Shown here in pieces: positions 63,452-64,000 of a stretch of 64,000 nt of DNA. Within the stretch, counting starts at the first letter, position 1, and each line of letters opens with the position of its first letter. The translations under genes were made by a program, and so were the position numbers. The stretch is from Selaginella moellendorffii (taxonomy: Eukaryota; Plantae; Lycopodiophyta): positions 56,463-120,462 of the forward strand of contig NW_003314444.1 in assembly GCF_000143415.4 (NCBI RefSeq), read 5' to 3'. The notes beneath the pieces are model-generated. The model was not told where the DNA came from. It was given only the letters and a program-made list of their open reading frames with translations, and did not search any database.

Positions 63452-64000
63452 ATGTCTAACCAAAAATGGTTAAAAGATGATGCAAATATTCATATTCAGA
63501 AGAAAAGCAGACGCATGGACTTGGGTGAAGCTATTAGTATACGAGAAATTGATCGAAGTGTGGCACAGCTAATGTTTGCTGGATACACTTTAAACAGTTA
63601 TGGTTTGAGACGTGGTCGAACTCAGTCACATAATGTTCGTTTAAGGATTGATATGACAGATGTTTATGGAAATGAGACTATTACAGTATGGATGTTCTAC
63701 AACATTGCTGAAAAAAGGAAACAAGAATTCAGCAAAAACAAGTGGCTTAAGATATATGGCTTTGAAGTGATGAATGCTGACCCAAAATACGATCGTGGAA
63801 CATGGAACTATACTCTTAAAATTTCTGAATCGACTATTGTAGAAGAATTTCAGCATCCAGCACCAAGACTATGTTTGTTGGTTCACACTATACCAATTAG
63901 CGAATATATTGACATTCACAAAGGTCGTGATTCTGTTGGTTCCATAGATGCTGTTGTTATAAAGATTAATGATGCAACATACTCATGTGGAAAGTTAACT
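63452..64000 (+). CDS. Second, highly divergent RPA70-like OB-fold ORF; runs off the window and is absent from the ORF track
   Basis: 183 open codons: MSNQKW..ISIREID..RLRIDMTDVYGNETITVWMFYNIAEKRKQEF..WLKIYGFEVMNADPKYDRG.WNYTLKISESTIVEE..PISE..SIDAVVIKI; fits DBD-A leading into DBD-B. Confidence 0.6.
   Translation, partial: MSNQKWLKDDANIHIQKKSRRMDLGEAISIREIDRSVAQLMFAGYTLNSYGLRRGRTQSHNVRLRIDMTDVYGNETITVWMFYNIAEKRKQEFSKNKWLKIYGFEVMNADPKYDRGTWNYTLKISESTIVEEFQHPAPRLCLLVHTIPISEYIDIHKGRDSVGSIDAVVIKINDATYSCGKLT

Noticed and set aside
51359-63463. Long ORFs made mostly of X
   Set aside because: They span assembly N-gaps and carry no coding evidence.

Overview
Gappy, repeat-rich eukaryotic DNA from a land plant. 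The ~50-60 nt introns, a ciliary kinesin-9 gene and a PLS-type PPR relic suggest a flagellated-sperm lineage such as the lycophyte Selaginella (inference). Layout: (i) 1-13 kb is a mosaic of Ty3/gypsy remnants, a LARD-like element and two intact TRIMs, one Cassandra-like with a 5S rRNA internal promoter in its LTRs, the other with tRNA-type A/B-box-like motifs. (ii) 13-19 kb is a small gene island with an apparently intact kinesin-9 (KIF9/KLP1-like) gene whose motor motifs are altered. (iii) 20-25 kb holds Helitron termini in a head-to-tail chain, a UBC2/RAD6 fragment, a second TRIM copy and a PPR relic. (iv) 25.7-41 kb is one TSD-bracketed nest of three Ty3/gypsy elements, followed by a 1.1 kb TA/TACA microsatellite. 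(v) 42.5-64 kb holds a disrupted Helitron RepHel that looks animal-type, with its 3' hairpin/CTAG, plus a cargo-like cluster: two divergent RPA70-like genes, a SKIP16-like F-box gene, a B3-like ORF, an AAE fragment, a duplicated unknown gene and a chimeric three-LTR element. Most interesting: recurrent Pol III/tRNA mimicry in small retroelements, a covarying pre-PPT stem-loop shared by several LTR families, and the Helitron with its putative accessory genes. All homology calls are by-eye motif recognition, not database searches.
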